Of a stretch of 32,000 bases of DNA, positions 7,345-16,900 are shown piece after piece. Where the stretch lies: positions 210,962 through 242,961 of the forward strand of contig CAVZAB010000025.1 of the NCBI GenBank assembly GCA_963773155.1, in the 5' to 3' direction. Source of the stretch: an uncultured Alphaproteobacteria bacterium. GTDB taxonomy: Bacteria; Pseudomonadota; Alphaproteobacteria; Rhizobiales; Beijerinckiaceae. Under the pieces are notes generated by a model. That model worked only from the letters and a program-made list of their open reading frames with translations. It did not search any database and was not told the origin of the DNA. The number at the start of each line of letters is the position of its first letter. Within the stretch, counting starts at the first letter, position 1. A program made the translations under genes and the position numbers.

Positions 7345-8352
7345 ATGAGCGAATGTCGACCTTTGCGGGTGATATTGGCAAAGCCGCGAGGCTTTTGTGC
7401 CGGTGTGGTTCGGGCGATTGAGATCGTTGAGCGGGCGCTGGCAATGTTTGGGCCGCCCGTCTATGTCCGACATGAAATTGTCCACAATCATCATGTCGTC
7501 GAAAGATTGCGGGCCATGGGCGCGGTTTTTGTTGACGAGCTCGACGAGATCCCGACCGGAGCCCAGACGATCTTCAGCGCGCATGGCGTTTCGCCGGCGG
7601 TGATGCGTCGGGCAAAGGAGCGCGGCCTCGATGTCATTGACGCGACCTGTCCGCTGGTCGAGCGGGTTCACCGGGAAGTGCGCCGCTACGCTGAGCGTGG
7701 CTATGAGATCGTTTTGATTGGCCATGACGGCCATGCTGAGGTGGAAGGCACGCGCGGTCAGATTGAGAGCCCGATGCACGTAATTTCGTCCAAAAACGAG
7801 GTTTTCGACTTAAAGATCGCGGATCCGACCCGGATCGCCTATGTCACCCAGACGACCCTCAGCCTGCTTGATACCAAAGAAATTATTGCAGCGCTCAAAC
7901 AGCGGTTCCCGCTAGCGGTCGGCCCGGAGACGCGCGACATTTGCTATGCGACCCAGAATCGTCAGACCGCGGTTCTGACGATGACCCATGATGTGCAACT
8001 CCTATTGGTTGTCGGCGCGCCGAACAGCTCAAATTCCAATCGTTTGCGCGAGCTGGGCGCGAGTGCCGGTGTGGCGAGCCATTTGATTCAATCCGCGGCG
8101 GCGATCGACCCAAACTGGCTTGACGGCGTTGATGTCGTTGGCGTGACGGCAGGTGCATCGGCGCCGGAAATCCTCGTCCAAGAGACGATCGAACGCCTGG
8201 CTCTCCACCGAACTCTGACCATAGAAACCCTTGCGGGCGATGATGAACTTGTCCAATTTCGGCTGCCGACGCGACTTGTGGATCCACCCGTCCTTGCCGG
8301 GGCGCGTGTTCAGGCCAGTGAAGCGGTTGATGCGACTGAACTGCGGATATGA
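7345..8352 (+). CDS. ispH: 4-hydroxy-3-methylbut-2-enyl diphosphate reductase (MEP pathway)
   Basis: LRVILAKPRGFCAGVVRAIEIVERAL...VYVRHEIVHNHHVV...TCPLV.KVH-like...GHDGHAEVEGT...VTQTTLS...ICYATQNRQ...VVGAPNSSNSNRL shows the characteristic LytB/IspH motifs, including the three Cys ligand regions. Confidence 0.95.
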   Translation: MSECRPLRVILAKPRGFCAGVVRAIEIVERALAMFGPPVYVRHEIVHNHHVVERLRAMGAVFVDELDEIPTGAQTIFSAHGVSPAVMRRAKERGLDVIDATCPLVERVHREVRRYAERGYEIVLIGHDGHAEVEGTRGQIESPMHVISSKNEVFDLKIADPTRIAYVTQTTLSLLDTKEIIAALKQRFPLAVGPETRDICYATQNRQTAVLTMTHDVQLLLVVGAPNSSNSNRLRELGASAGVASHLIQSAAAIDPNWLDGVDVVGVTAGASAPEILVQETIERLALHRTLTIETLAGDDELVQFRLPTRLVDPPVLAGARVQASEAVDATELRI

Positions 8353-8469
8353 TGGATGACCTTGCACTTTTCCGTTGAGGCATTTAGGCGCCAGGCCCGA
8401 TCGAGTTTCGCCTTTCTCTGATTGGGTCACTTGGCGCATGTTTCGACAGCGAATTGGGGTCGCCTGACA

Positions 8470-9493
8470 ATGCCAGCCTATCCGTTCTCCGCCATAGTTG
8501 CGCAAGAGACGATGAAGCTGGCGCTATTGATTGCTGCCGTTGACCCCTCCGTTGGTGGCGTATTGGTCTTCGGGGACCGCGGTACCGGCAAATCGACGGC
8601 GGTGCGCGCCTTGGCGGCTTTGCTTCCCAAAATGCGGGTCGTGAATAATTGTGCCTATAGTTGCGATCCTGGCAAACCTGCCGGCCTGTGCGGCGCGTGC
8701 GGTCCGGAGCGCAGAAAAAAGGATTTACCGAGCCATCTCGCACCCATTCCCGTCGTCGACCTGCCGCTGGGTGCGACCGAGGACCGGGTGATTGGCGCAT
8801 TGGATCTCGAGCTGGCGCTGGCCAAGGGCGAGAAGGCCTTTGAACCCGGCCTTCTCGCGCGCGCCCACCGAGGCTTTCTTTATATTGACGAGGTTAATCT
8901 TCTGGAGGATCACCTCGTTGATTTGCTGCTCGATGTCGCAGCCTCGGGCGAGAACGTTGTCGAACGGGAGGGTCTCAGTATTCGACACCCCGCGCGATTT
9001 GTCCTGGTTGGCAGCGGCAATCCAGAAGAGGGAGAATTGCGTCCGCAGCTGCTCGACCGATTTGGATTGGCGGTGGATGTCAAGACTTCCGGATAGCCTG
9101 GATGTCCGGGTTGAGGTCGTCAGTCGGCGTGACGCATATGACCGCGACCCGGCGGCTTTTTTGGCCAAATGGGACGGCAAGGATCGTAGTTTGCGGCGAC
9201 GCATCTCAGCCGCTCGGCAAAGGCTGGCCGCGGTCGATGTGCCTTTGCAGACGCTTCAGGATGCAACGAGACTGTGCATGGCGCTTGGGACGGACGGCCT
9301 TCGTGGTGAATTGACGTTGGTTCGCACGGCGCGCGCGCTAGCGGCCCTTGACGGGGACGAGACGGTCGAAGCGACGCATTTGCGGCGAATTGCTATACCG
9401 GCACTGTCGCATCGCTTGCGACGCAATCCATTGGATGATTCGTCGTCTGTCACGCGGGTTGAGCGCGCGCTTAGGGAAGTCCTCGGCCCATGA
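8470..9493 (+). pseudogene. bchI: Mg-chelatase ATPase subunit I, interrupted by a +1 frameshift near 9087-9088
   Basis: [20 protein letters not shown]...GDRGTGKST (Walker A)...[10 protein letters not shown] (Walker B)...[11 protein letters not shown], then a stop at 9094. The next frame continues [20 protein letters not shown]...GLRGELTLVRTARALAALDG...RRNPLD. Deleting one T of GACTTC (9084-9089) gives a continuous 340-aa BchI. Confidence 0.9.
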
Positions 9494-11298
9494 TGCCGCC
9501 AGAAGAAGCACGGCAACAATGGGCGGGCGATGCGACTTTGGCAGCCAAGCTTTTCGCCGTTGATCCGGTCGCAACCGGGATTGCGCTCAGGGCCGATGCC
9601 GGGCCGGTTCGCGATCTCTGGCTGTCGCAGTTGCGTCTCCTGGTCGGCTCAACTCCAATTCGACGGCTGCCGCTCAATATCAGCGACGATCGCTTGCTTG
9701 GCGGTGTTGATTTGACGGCAACTTTGCACGCTGGTCGGCTGGTCGCAGAGCGTGGCTTGCTTGCCGAGGCCGATGGCGGGATTGTTATCATGGCGATGGC
9801 GGAACGCGTGGCGCCGATGGCGGTCGCGCGGATCACCCGCATGCAAGACACGCGAAGCGTTGCTGTTGAGCGAGCCGGCCTTGGTCTCGTGCTACCCGCT
9901 CGGATCGGATTAATTGCCCTTGACGAGGGAATTGCCGCCGATGAGCGTCCGCCCGCCTCGCTTATGGATCGCCTGGCATTTCATATTGATCTAACTCAAG
10001 TCGCATTGGCGGATCTCGGCGAGCCTGGCTGCCGCCAGGAGATCGAAGCCGCGACAGACAGGCTGAGGACGCTAACCGCCGAGGCTGGCGCCGTCAGCGC
10101 ATTGTGTCGTGCCGCGATGAGCCTTGGCATAGCTTCGGTTCGCGCCCCGCTTTTTGCCTTGCAGGTCGCGCGTATTGCGGCGGCGCTGGCTCGCCGCTCA
10201 CGATTGGAAGCGCCAGATCTTGCGATCGCCGCGCGGCTCGTTTTGGCGCCGCGCGCGACGCGAGATCCCAGACAACAAACCGAGGAAGATGCCGGTCAAG
10301 CGCCCGAACAGGCCCAAAGTGAAGGAGAAGGTTCGGACATAGAGGGCGAGGCGGCTGACCAAAACCGTCAAGCGGATCGCGCTTGCGCAGCGCTTGCTGA
10401 TCTTGTCGTACAGGCCGCGGCCTCGGCACTGCCGCTTGGCCTGCTGAAGCAATGCGCGGGCGAGGGCATCCGGCATGCGAGAATGGCCAATGCCGGGCGG
10501 GCCGGTGCGTCGATGCGTTCGGCTCAGCGCGGGCGACCGATTGGGACAAGGAGCGGCCAACTCCGACAAGGACGGTTGAATATTGTGGAAACGCTACGTG
10601 CTGCAGCGCCGTGGCAGGCCCTGCGGCGACGCGAAGTGCAAACCCAAAACAACGGAACGAATATCGCTAGCGAAGGCCAGGGCCGCCTTCTGGTTCGAAC
10701 TGACGATTTTAGGTTGATCCGCTATGAGCAGCGCACGCAGACAACAACCATTTTTGCGGTTGACGCCTCCGGTTCCTCGGCTTTGCATCGTCTCGCGGAA
10801 GCTAAGGGCGCCGTTGAGCTGCTTTTGAATGATTGTTATGTCCGGCGGGATCATGTTGCGGTGCTCGCCTTTCGCGGCCAAGGTAGCGATTTGATTCTAC
10901 CGCCGACGCGCTCGTTGGTGCGGGCCAAGCGAGGCTTGGCCGGTCTGCCGGCAGGCGGTGCAACGCCGCTTGCCAGCGGTATAGCGGGCGCCACAGCGAT
11001 GGCGGAGAATATTCGTCGGCACGGGCACACGCCGATCATTGTGATTTTGACCGACGGACGGGCCAATATAGCGCGCGACGGAACTATGGGGCGGCCGCAG
11101 GCAATAGAAGATGCCCTTAGTGCTGCCCGCAATTTGAGGCAATCGGGCTGCACAACGCTGCTGATCGACACTTCGCCGCGGCCACAGGCTCTTGCCGAAC
11201 GTGTGGCGCGCGAAATGGGGGCCCGCTACCTGCCGCTTCCCTATGCCGATGCAACAAAATTATCGGAAGCGGTTCGGTTGGTTTCGGCTCCGGGTTGA
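9490..11298 (+). CDS. bchD: Mg-chelatase subunit D
   Basis: ATGA overlap with the bchI stop. It has an N-terminal AAA-like half, an acidic linker (EEDAGQAPEQAQSEGEGSDIEGEAAD) and a C-terminal vWA domain with MIDAS DASGS (FAVDASGSSAL). Confidence 0.9.
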   Translation: MMPPEEARQQWAGDATLAAKLFAVDPVATGIALRADAGPVRDLWLSQLRLLVGSTPIRRLPLNISDDRLLGGVDLTATLHAGRLVAERGLLAEADGGIVIMAMAERVAPMAVARITRMQDTRSVAVERAGLGLVLPARIGLIALDEGIAADERPPASLMDRLAFHIDLTQVALADLGEPGCRQEIEAATDRLRTLTAEAGAVSALCRAAMSLGIASVRAPLFALQVARIAAALARRSRLEAPDLAIAARLVLAPRATRDPRQQTEEDAGQAPEQAQSEGEGSDIEGEAADQNRQADRACAALADLVVQAAASALPLGLLKQCAGEGIRHARMANAGRAGASMRSAQRGRPIGTRSGQLRQGRLNIVETLRAAAPWQALRRREVQTQNNGTNIASEGQGRLLVRTDDFRLIRYEQRTQTTTIFAVDASGSSALHRLAEAKGAVELLLNDCYVRRDHVAVLAFRGQGSDLILPPTRSLVRAKRGLAGLPAGGATPLASGIAGATAMAENIRRHGHTPIIVILTDGRANIARDGTMGRPQAIEDALSAARNLRQSGCTTLLIDTSPRPQALAERVAREMGARYLPLPYADATKLSEAVRLVSAPG

Positions 11299-11313
11299 AT
11301 TTAGGATCTTCGG

Positions 11314-12201
11314 ATGATTGATGCCGATAGACCGGATTGGGCGCACGATGGTCGCGATTGGCCGCATCGACAGGCCAGTCAATTCGTTCGCGCCGGCGGC
11401 GTCCGGTGGCACGTGCAACGATTTGGGCAAGGGCCCGCCGCCCTTCTGGTCCATGGGACGGGTGCGTCGAGCCATTCTTGGTGCCGCCTCGCGGAATTGC
11501 TTGCCCAGCGTTTTACCCTTGTGATCCCGGATCTGCCCGACCATGGCTTCAGTGAAGCACCGGCCCATTACCGCCTGTCGTTGCCAGCGATGTCGGACGG
11601 TCTGCAAAAGCTTTTGAATGTTCTTGAAGTCAGTCCGGTGCTCGCGGTCGGGCATTCGGCCGGGGCAGCCGTATTGGCATCTTCCTGCCTTAAAGGGGCG
11701 ATTAAGCCTCGACTTCTGATAAGCGTCAACGGCGCCTGGTTGCCGTTTAAGGGGATCGCCGGCCAAATTTTTCCGTCGATTGCCAAGCTGCTTTACCTCA
11801 ATCCCTTTACTTCGCGCCTCTTTGCCTGGAGCGTCGATCGTTCAACGGTGCTGCGGCTGGTCGGGGAGACCGGATCGAGGATCGATGGGCAAGGTCTCGA
11901 ACTATACGAAAGATTGCTGCGGCGACCCGGGCATGTTGCGGGTGCCTTGGGCATGATGGCAAATTGGGATCTTGAGCCCCTGGTTCGACAGCTGGCTCAA
12001 CTTGAATTGCCAGTGATACTGCTTGCCGGAAGCAAAGACCGGTCGATACCTCCACAGGAGTCGCGGCGGGTTGCCGCCATGCTGCCGAACGCACGGGTGG
12101 AAATCCTGGAGGGCCTTGGACATCTTGCCCACGAAGAGCGTCCGAACGAGATCGCGGCCCTGGTCCTAAAACTTGCCGCCGAAGCGGGAATTATCGAATG
12201 A
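11314..12201 (+). CDS. bchO: Alpha/beta-hydrolase BchO (Mg-chelatase accessory protein)
   Basis: Canonical position after bchD. Alpha/beta-hydrolase motifs LLVHGTGASSHSW and nucleophile elbow GHSAG, with a C-terminal GHLAHEE. Confidence 0.8.
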   Translation: MIDADRPDWAHDGRDWPHRQASQFVRAGGVRWHVQRFGQGPAALLVHGTGASSHSWCRLAELLAQRFTLVIPDLPDHGFSEAPAHYRLSLPAMSDGLQKLLNVLEVSPVLAVGHSAGAAVLASSCLKGAIKPRLLISVNGAWLPFKGIAGQIFPSIAKLLYLNPFTSRLFAWSVDRSTVLRLVGETGSRIDGQGLELYERLLRRPGHVAGALGMMANWDLEPLVRQLAQLELPVILLAGSKDRSIPPQESRRVAAMLPNARVEILEGLGHLAHEERPNEIAALVLKLAAEAGIIE

Positions 12202-12245
12202 ATCAAGCCAGACCGGACTTGCCGTCATATCATTTACACTGCTAG

Positions 12246-12263
12246 TGTCCAACAATGCTGACA
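12246..12263. promoter_or_regulatory. PpsR/CrtJ-type palindrome candidate overlapping the crtI start codon
   Basis: TGTCCAACAATGCTGACA follows TGTC-N10-GACA. The crtI ATG (12255) lies inside the spacer. It sits in the 53-nt bchO-crtI gap. Confidence 0.35.
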
Positions 12264-13781
12264 CGTGTCACATATGCCCCGGCGGGCCCATTTGAACAAC
12301 GATCGTCGGCGGTCGTTATTGGGAGCGGGTTCGGCGGTCTTGCTGCAGCTATTCGGCTCGGTGCACGCGGTTATGCCGTAACGGTGCTTGAAAAGCTCGA
12401 TGCACCCGGCGGGCGTGCTTATGTCCACAAGCAGGACGGTTTCACGTTCGACGCTGGACCAACAATTGTAACAGCGCCCTTTCTGTTTGAGGAGCTTTGG
12501 CGCCTGTGTGGACGCAAATTCTCCGACGATGTCGAATTGCGGCCAATGGAACCGTTCTACCGGATCAGATTTCACGACGGCTCGCATTTTGACTACAGCG
12601 GCGATCGCGATGCGATGCGTTCGGAGATCATGAGAGTCTCGCCAGTCGACCTGCCCGGTTACGAAGCCTATATGCGCGAAAGCGCAGCCATTTATCGGAT
12701 CGGTTTCGAACAGCTTGGGCACGTATCGTTTGGTTCGCCGCTCGATATGCTGCGCATTGTTCCAGACCTTGTTCGGCGCCGAGCCTACCGCAGCGTCTTT
12801 GATCAGGTTGCCAAGCATATTTCGGACGAGAAGTTGCAGGCGGTGTTTAGTTTCCATCCGCTTCTCATCGGGGGTAATCCGTTCCGAGCGAGTGCCATCT
12901 ATTGTCTTATTGCCCATCTCGAGCAGAAATTTGGGGTTCATTTCGCAATGGGCGGAACGGGGCGCCTGATTGAGGGTATGGTGCGATTGATCGAGGACCA
13001 GGGCGGCATTGTCAGATACCGGGCGGAAGTTGAGAGAATCATAGTCAAGGATGGCGTCGCCCGCGGGGTTGAGCTTAGCGGGGGGGAGAGGATTCGCGCC
13101 GATATCGTCGTTTCAAATGCCGATTCCGCCTGGACCTATCGCTATCTTGTGCCCGCCGAATTGCGGCGGCGCTGGACTAACAGGAAACTCGATCGTTCGC
13201 GCTATTCGATGGGCCTGTTCGTCTGGTATTTTGGGACAAGCAAGATCTATCCCCGGGTTAAGCATCACACGATCATCTTGGGACGCCGATACCGCGAACT
13301 TATCGAGGACATTTTTGAACGTAAGATCCTCGCTTCGGATTTTTCTCTCTATCTGCACCGTCCGACCGCGAGCGATCCGTCTTTGGCGCCGGCGGGCTGC
13401 GACGCATTTTATGTCTTGTCTCCAGTTCCTAATCTCGGCGGTTCGATCGACTGGGTAGAGCGCTCAGACGAGTATCGCCAGGCGATTGCCCGGCAATTGG
13501 ATGATACCGAACTCCCAGGGTTTTTGCCGCACGTTGTTACATCGCGCGTCACAACGCCGCTCGACTTTCAAGATCGGCTTCTGTCTTACCGTGGCGCGGC
13601 TTTTGGCCTTGAACCGCTTTTGACCCAAAGCGCTTGGTTTAGACCCAACAATCGCAGCGAGGACGTCAAGCATCTCTATCTGGTCGGCGCCGGGACGCAT
13701 CCTGGGGCTGGACTGCCGGGGGTGCTGTCATCGGCGCGCGTCCTTGATATTGTGGTGCCAGATGCCGCCCTCTTCGCCTAA
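12255..13781 (+). CDS. crtI: Phytoene desaturase
   Basis: N-terminal FAD fold AVVIGSGFGGLAAAIRLGARGYAVTVLEK. The C-terminal motif is LYLVGAGTHPGAGLPGVLSSA. This is the only in-frame start after the upstream stop at 12243. Confidence 0.9.
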   Translation: MLTRVTYAPAGPFEQRSSAVVIGSGFGGLAAAIRLGARGYAVTVLEKLDAPGGRAYVHKQDGFTFDAGPTIVTAPFLFEELWRLCGRKFSDDVELRPMEPFYRIRFHDGSHFDYSGDRDAMRSEIMRVSPVDLPGYEAYMRESAAIYRIGFEQLGHVSFGSPLDMLRIVPDLVRRRAYRSVFDQVAKHISDEKLQAVFSFHPLLIGGNPFRASAIYCLIAHLEQKFGVHFAMGGTGRLIEGMVRLIEDQGGIVRYRAEVERIIVKDGVARGVELSGGERIRADIVVSNADSAWTYRYLVPAELRRRWTNRKLDRSRYSMGLFVWYFGTSKIYPRVKHHTIILGRRYRELIEDIFERKILASDFSLYLHRPTASDPSLAPAGCDAFYVLSPVPNLGGSIDWVERSDEYRQAIARQLDDTELPGFLPHVVTSRVTTPLDFQDRLLSYRGAAFGLEPLLTQSAWFRPNNRSEDVKHLYLVGAGTHPGAGLPGVLSSARVLDIVVPDAALFA

Positions 13782-14817
13782 CCGCCTCGCCGTCACCCCT
13801 GCTGATATTGCGACATGCCGGATTTCTATAAGAGACGGCTCGCACAGCTTTTACGCTGCATCGGCGCTGCTCCCGCAGGAGATTCGCACGGCCGCCCGCG
13901 GCCTATATGCTTTTTGCCGTCTTTCCGATGACGCGATTGATCTTGATGGAGGCTGCCTGGCTGCGTTCGAGCGCTTGCAGGAGCGACTTAATCGAATCTA
14001 TCAGGGGCGGCCCATGTCAATCCCTGCAGATCGAGCGCTCGCCGATATTGTCTACCGCTACGCAATCCCTCGCGCCCTGCCGGATGCCTTGCTCGAGGGG
14101 CTCGAATGGGACGCAAAGTCGCGACGTTATGAAGAACTCGCGGATCTCTTCGCTTACGCGACCCGCGTTGCGGGATCCGTCGGGGCAATCATGACTTTGA
14201 TAATGGGCGTGCGGGCGCCGGACGTTGTTGCGCGGGCCTGCGATTTGGGAATCGCAATGCAGCTCACCAACATTGCGAGGGATGTTGGTGAGGACGCTCG
14301 GCGAGGAAGGGTCTATTTACCTTTGCGATGGTTGAGGGATGCTAAGATTGATCCGGATGGGTTTCTTGCGGCACCTCAATTGAGCGATGCACTGCGCCAT
14401 GTTGTCCGGCGCCTTCTCAGAACTGCCGATACCTTATATGCGCGCTCCGAGGGAGGTATCGCGGGTTTGCCTATGGGCTGCCGGCCCGCGATCTATGCCG
14501 CCCGCTTCATCTATGCGGAGATTGGGCGGGAAATCGAACGCAATGGGCTCGATAGCCTATCAACTCGAGCGCACGTGTCGTCGAAAAGAAAAGCATGGCT
14601 CATTCTTGGCGCTGGAGTTGCGGCGCTGATTGGCAAGCCGGGACGGGCGTCGCCCTGTGTCGAGGAGGCGCAATTTCTGATCGAAGCTGTAAGAGCCTCG
14701 CATCAATCCGCCTGGACGACGCTCGACTTATCTCGGCTGCGGTGGTGGAACCTTGTCGGCCAGGTCAATTGGTTTGTTGATCTTGTCGAGAAGTTGGAGC
14801 GCCGCGAACAATATTGA
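13762..14817 (+). CDS. crtB: Phytoene synthase
   Basis: SHSFYAAS...LYAFCRLSDDAIDL...YAYATRVAGSVG...NIARDVGEDARRGRVYLP are squalene/phytoene synthase motifs. The start is either ATG 13762 or 13744, and both overlap the crtI 3' end. Confidence 0.9.
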   Translation: MPPSSPNRLAVTPADIATCRISIRDGSHSFYAASALLPQEIRTAARGLYAFCRLSDDAIDLDGGCLAAFERLQERLNRIYQGRPMSIPADRALADIVYRYAIPRALPDALLEGLEWDAKSRRYEELADLFAYATRVAGSVGAIMTLIMGVRAPDVVARACDLGIAMQLTNIARDVGEDARRGRVYLPLRWLRDAKIDPDGFLAAPQLSDALRHVVRRLLRTADTLYARSEGGIAGLPMGCRPAIYAARFIYAEIGREIERNGLDSLSTRAHVSSKRKAWLILGAGVAALIGKPGRASPCVEEAQFLIEAVRASHQSAWTTLDLSRLRWWNLVGQVNWFVDLVEKLERREQY

Positions 14818-14883
14818 TGTCGATCGGCGCACCGCCAATAGTCTCGGCAAGATTTGCCGGCCGGGTGGGCGAATTTGGCGGGC

Positions 14884-15171
14884 TCAATTAGAAATACGAG
14901 AATTGATCGGTCGGGGATAGAAACCGATGCGCTGGGCAATGTCGCCGATATGAAAGACCAAGCCGGCTAGAAGGCAAAGCGCTATATTGGCAAATGAGGC
15001 GCCCGTCAGAGCTTGGCGCAGCGCCAGCAGAAGGCAGGCGCCCGCCAAAAGATTAAAGGCGAGATCACGCCAGGCAATTCGTCGAAGCCAGGCGGACAAC
15101 ACGATGAATTCAATGGCGAGCAACAAAAGTATCGGGTCGACAAATTGTCCTCCCACGAGAAACACTGACAT
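14884..15171 (-). CDS. Small hydrophobic protein (about 3 predicted TM helices), unknown function, downstream of tspO
   Basis: ATG 15171 is preceded by GGAG at about 7 nt (the ORF-track start at 15183 is also possible). It reads MSVFLVGGQFVDPILLLLAIEFIVLSAWL...LLAGACLLLALRQAL...IALCLLAGLVFHIGD. I recognise no family. The coding call rests on its position in the operon and its hydrophobic periodicity. Confidence 0.45.
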   Translation of the reverse strand: MSVFLVGGQFVDPILLLLAIEFIVLSAWLRRIAWRDLAFNLLAGACLLLALRQALTGASFANIALCLLAGLVFHIGDIAQRIGFYPRPINSRISN

Positions 15172-15211
15172 ATTCGGCTCCATTATCGCATTTGGATCGC
15201 GCCATCGAGGC

Positions 15212-15701
15212 CTAGAAGGACGGGTTGAGTTGTACGACCGACCAGTTTAGCAAGGCGGCAAAAGAAACCCAGACGAGGTAGGCATAGAGCGAGGCGTGAT
15301 GCGTTTTTGGAGTAGCCCGCCAGAACGACGATTAGGACAAGAATTGAAAGCCACAGGAAAATGACCTCGAACAATGCCCAATCGGGCCGGCGCAGCCGAA
15401 AGAAAAGCAAGCTCCATAAGACATTAAGAAAACCGTTCAGGGCAAAAAGCGCGACCAGCCACTCGCGCGCGGAACGATTGGGAGCCTGGCGCCAGGCGGT
15501 AGCGGCGCTGAGGGCGCTCAAGGCGAAAATTATCGTCCAGGCCGGCCCGAAGAGCCAGTCCGGGGGCTTCCAGGCGGGGGTTTCCAATTCCTGATACCAA
15601 GGACCAAGATCGGTAATCGAACCTCCCAGGACTGCGACAAACAACGCGACGAAAAGGGCAACGAAAACCGGCAGCGCCCGCGACGCTGGCCTTGCATTCA
15701 T
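15212..15701 (-). pseudogene. tspO: Tryptophan-rich sensory protein TspO (CrtK), interrupted by a +1 frameshift near 15324-15330
   Basis: N-terminal part: ...WYQELETPAWKPPDWLFGPAWTIIFALSA...LNGFLNVLWSLLFFRLRRPDWAL... The ORF-track C-terminus (LAGYSKNASRLALCLPRLG...) is not TspO-like. The +1 frame reads FWRATPKTHHASLYAYLVWVSFAALLNWSVVQLNPSF* (stop at 15212-15214), which is the conserved TspO C-terminus. The corrected length is 162 aa. ATGA overlap with the bchP stop. Confidence 0.8.
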
Positions 15702-16900
15702 GGTGAGGCAAGTCCGAGAAGCTGGGCAAGATCCTTGAAAAAGATACGCATGTGCGCAACGGGTTTCCGTCGCACAAGTTCCTTGTTCATATAGGCTTCC
15801 CAGGTTAGCTTTTGCACGTCCTTGTCTTGACAGATGCTGACGAAACGTTCGCGCCGTCGGTCATTTTTGTACCAGAAATATTGCATGATTCCCAAAATCA
15901 GGAAGACCCGGCCATGGGCCCGGATGAATTTTTTGCGCGCCAGTTTCAATGCCTGGGGATTGCCGGTCGCAAGACAGGCATCGATGGCTTCGGCGGCCAA
16001 TTGGCCGCCCAGCATGGCATAATAAATCCCTTCGCCCGAGGCCGGCGCCACAATGCCAGCAGCGTCACCGGCCAGAACCACATTGCGGCCATTGTCCCAG
16101 CGCCGCATTGGCCGTAGCGGAATGGGCGCGCCCTCGCGGCGCAGCGTCTCCGATCCGTCAAGGCCAATTTTCAGCCGCAGGTCGCGGATCGCGCCGCGCA
16201 GCGAAAAGCCCTTGACGGCGCTGCCAGTGCCAATGCTCAGCGTATCGCCATGCGGAAAGACCCAGGCATAGAAATCGGGTGATAACGAGCCGCGATAATA
16301 GACATCGCAACGACGACCATCGAATTCCGCAGAACCGCTGCGCGGGGTGCGAACAATCTCGTGATAGGCAAAAACATACGGGATCTTGTCGGCTCCCTTC
16401 ACTGTTTGTCTAGCTACCGCCGATTTGGCGCCGTCAGCGCCGATGAGCAGGCGCGCATAGGCCCGCATCGGCGCACCATCGGTCTTCTGTCGGTAATGGA
16501 CGACCACTCCCTCGCCGCATTCGCTGATTTGCTCGAAATTCCCTTCGCATCGTACAGCGCCAGCCTCCGCCGCGCGATTTCGCAGCCATTCGTCAAAGAC
16601 GTCGCGGTCGACCATTCCAACGAAGCCGTCCTCGATTGGCATCTCGACCCGCCGCGATTGCGGGGAGATCACCCGGGCCGACGCAATTCGCGCCACAATC
16701 AACGCATCTGGAATAGCAAAATCACGAATGAGCCGAGGCGGTATTGCGCCGCCACATGGTTTGATGCGACCGGCTCTGTCGAGCAGGAGAACCGTGCGGC
16801 CGCGACGGGCGAGCGCGGTCGCGGCAGTCGCACCGGCAGGACCCCCGCCAACGACGATTGCGTCAAAGACGGTCGATTGGACGTCGGGCGACGGCGTCAT
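15698..16900 (-). CDS. bchP: Geranylgeranyl diphosphate/bacteriochlorophyll reductase
   Basis: FDAIVVGGGPAGATAATALARRGRTVLLLDRAGRIKPCGGAIP...VVLAGDAAGIVAPASGEGIYYAM. ATGA overlap with the upstream MFS gene. Confidence 0.9.
   Translation of the reverse strand: MTPSPDVQSTVFDAIVVGGGPAGATAATALARRGRTVLLLDRAGRIKPCGGAIPPRLIRDFAIPDALIVARIASARVISPQSRRVEMPIEDGFVGMVDRDVFDEWLRNRAAEAGAVRCEGNFEQISECGEGVVVHYRQKTDGAPMRAYARLLIGADGAKSAVARQTVKGADKIPYVFAYHEIVRTPRSGSAEFDGRRCDVYYRGSLSPDFYAWVFPHGDTLSIGTGSAVKGFSLRGAIRDLRLKIGLDGSETLRREGAPIPLRPMRRWDNGRNVVLAGDAAGIVAPASGEGIYYAMLGGQLAAEAIDACLATGNPQALKLARKKFIRAHGRVFLILGIMQYFWYKNDRRRERFVSICQDKDVQKLTWEAYMNKELVRRKPVAHMRIFFKDLAQLLGLASP

Noticed and set aside
9082-9094. Programmed ribosomal frameshifting as an explanation for the split bch, lhaA and tspO genes
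   Set aside because: Seven different genes would need it. There are no shared slippery heptamers or downstream structures, and these families are not known to use recoding. A one-base insertion, whether artefact or mutation, explains all cases.
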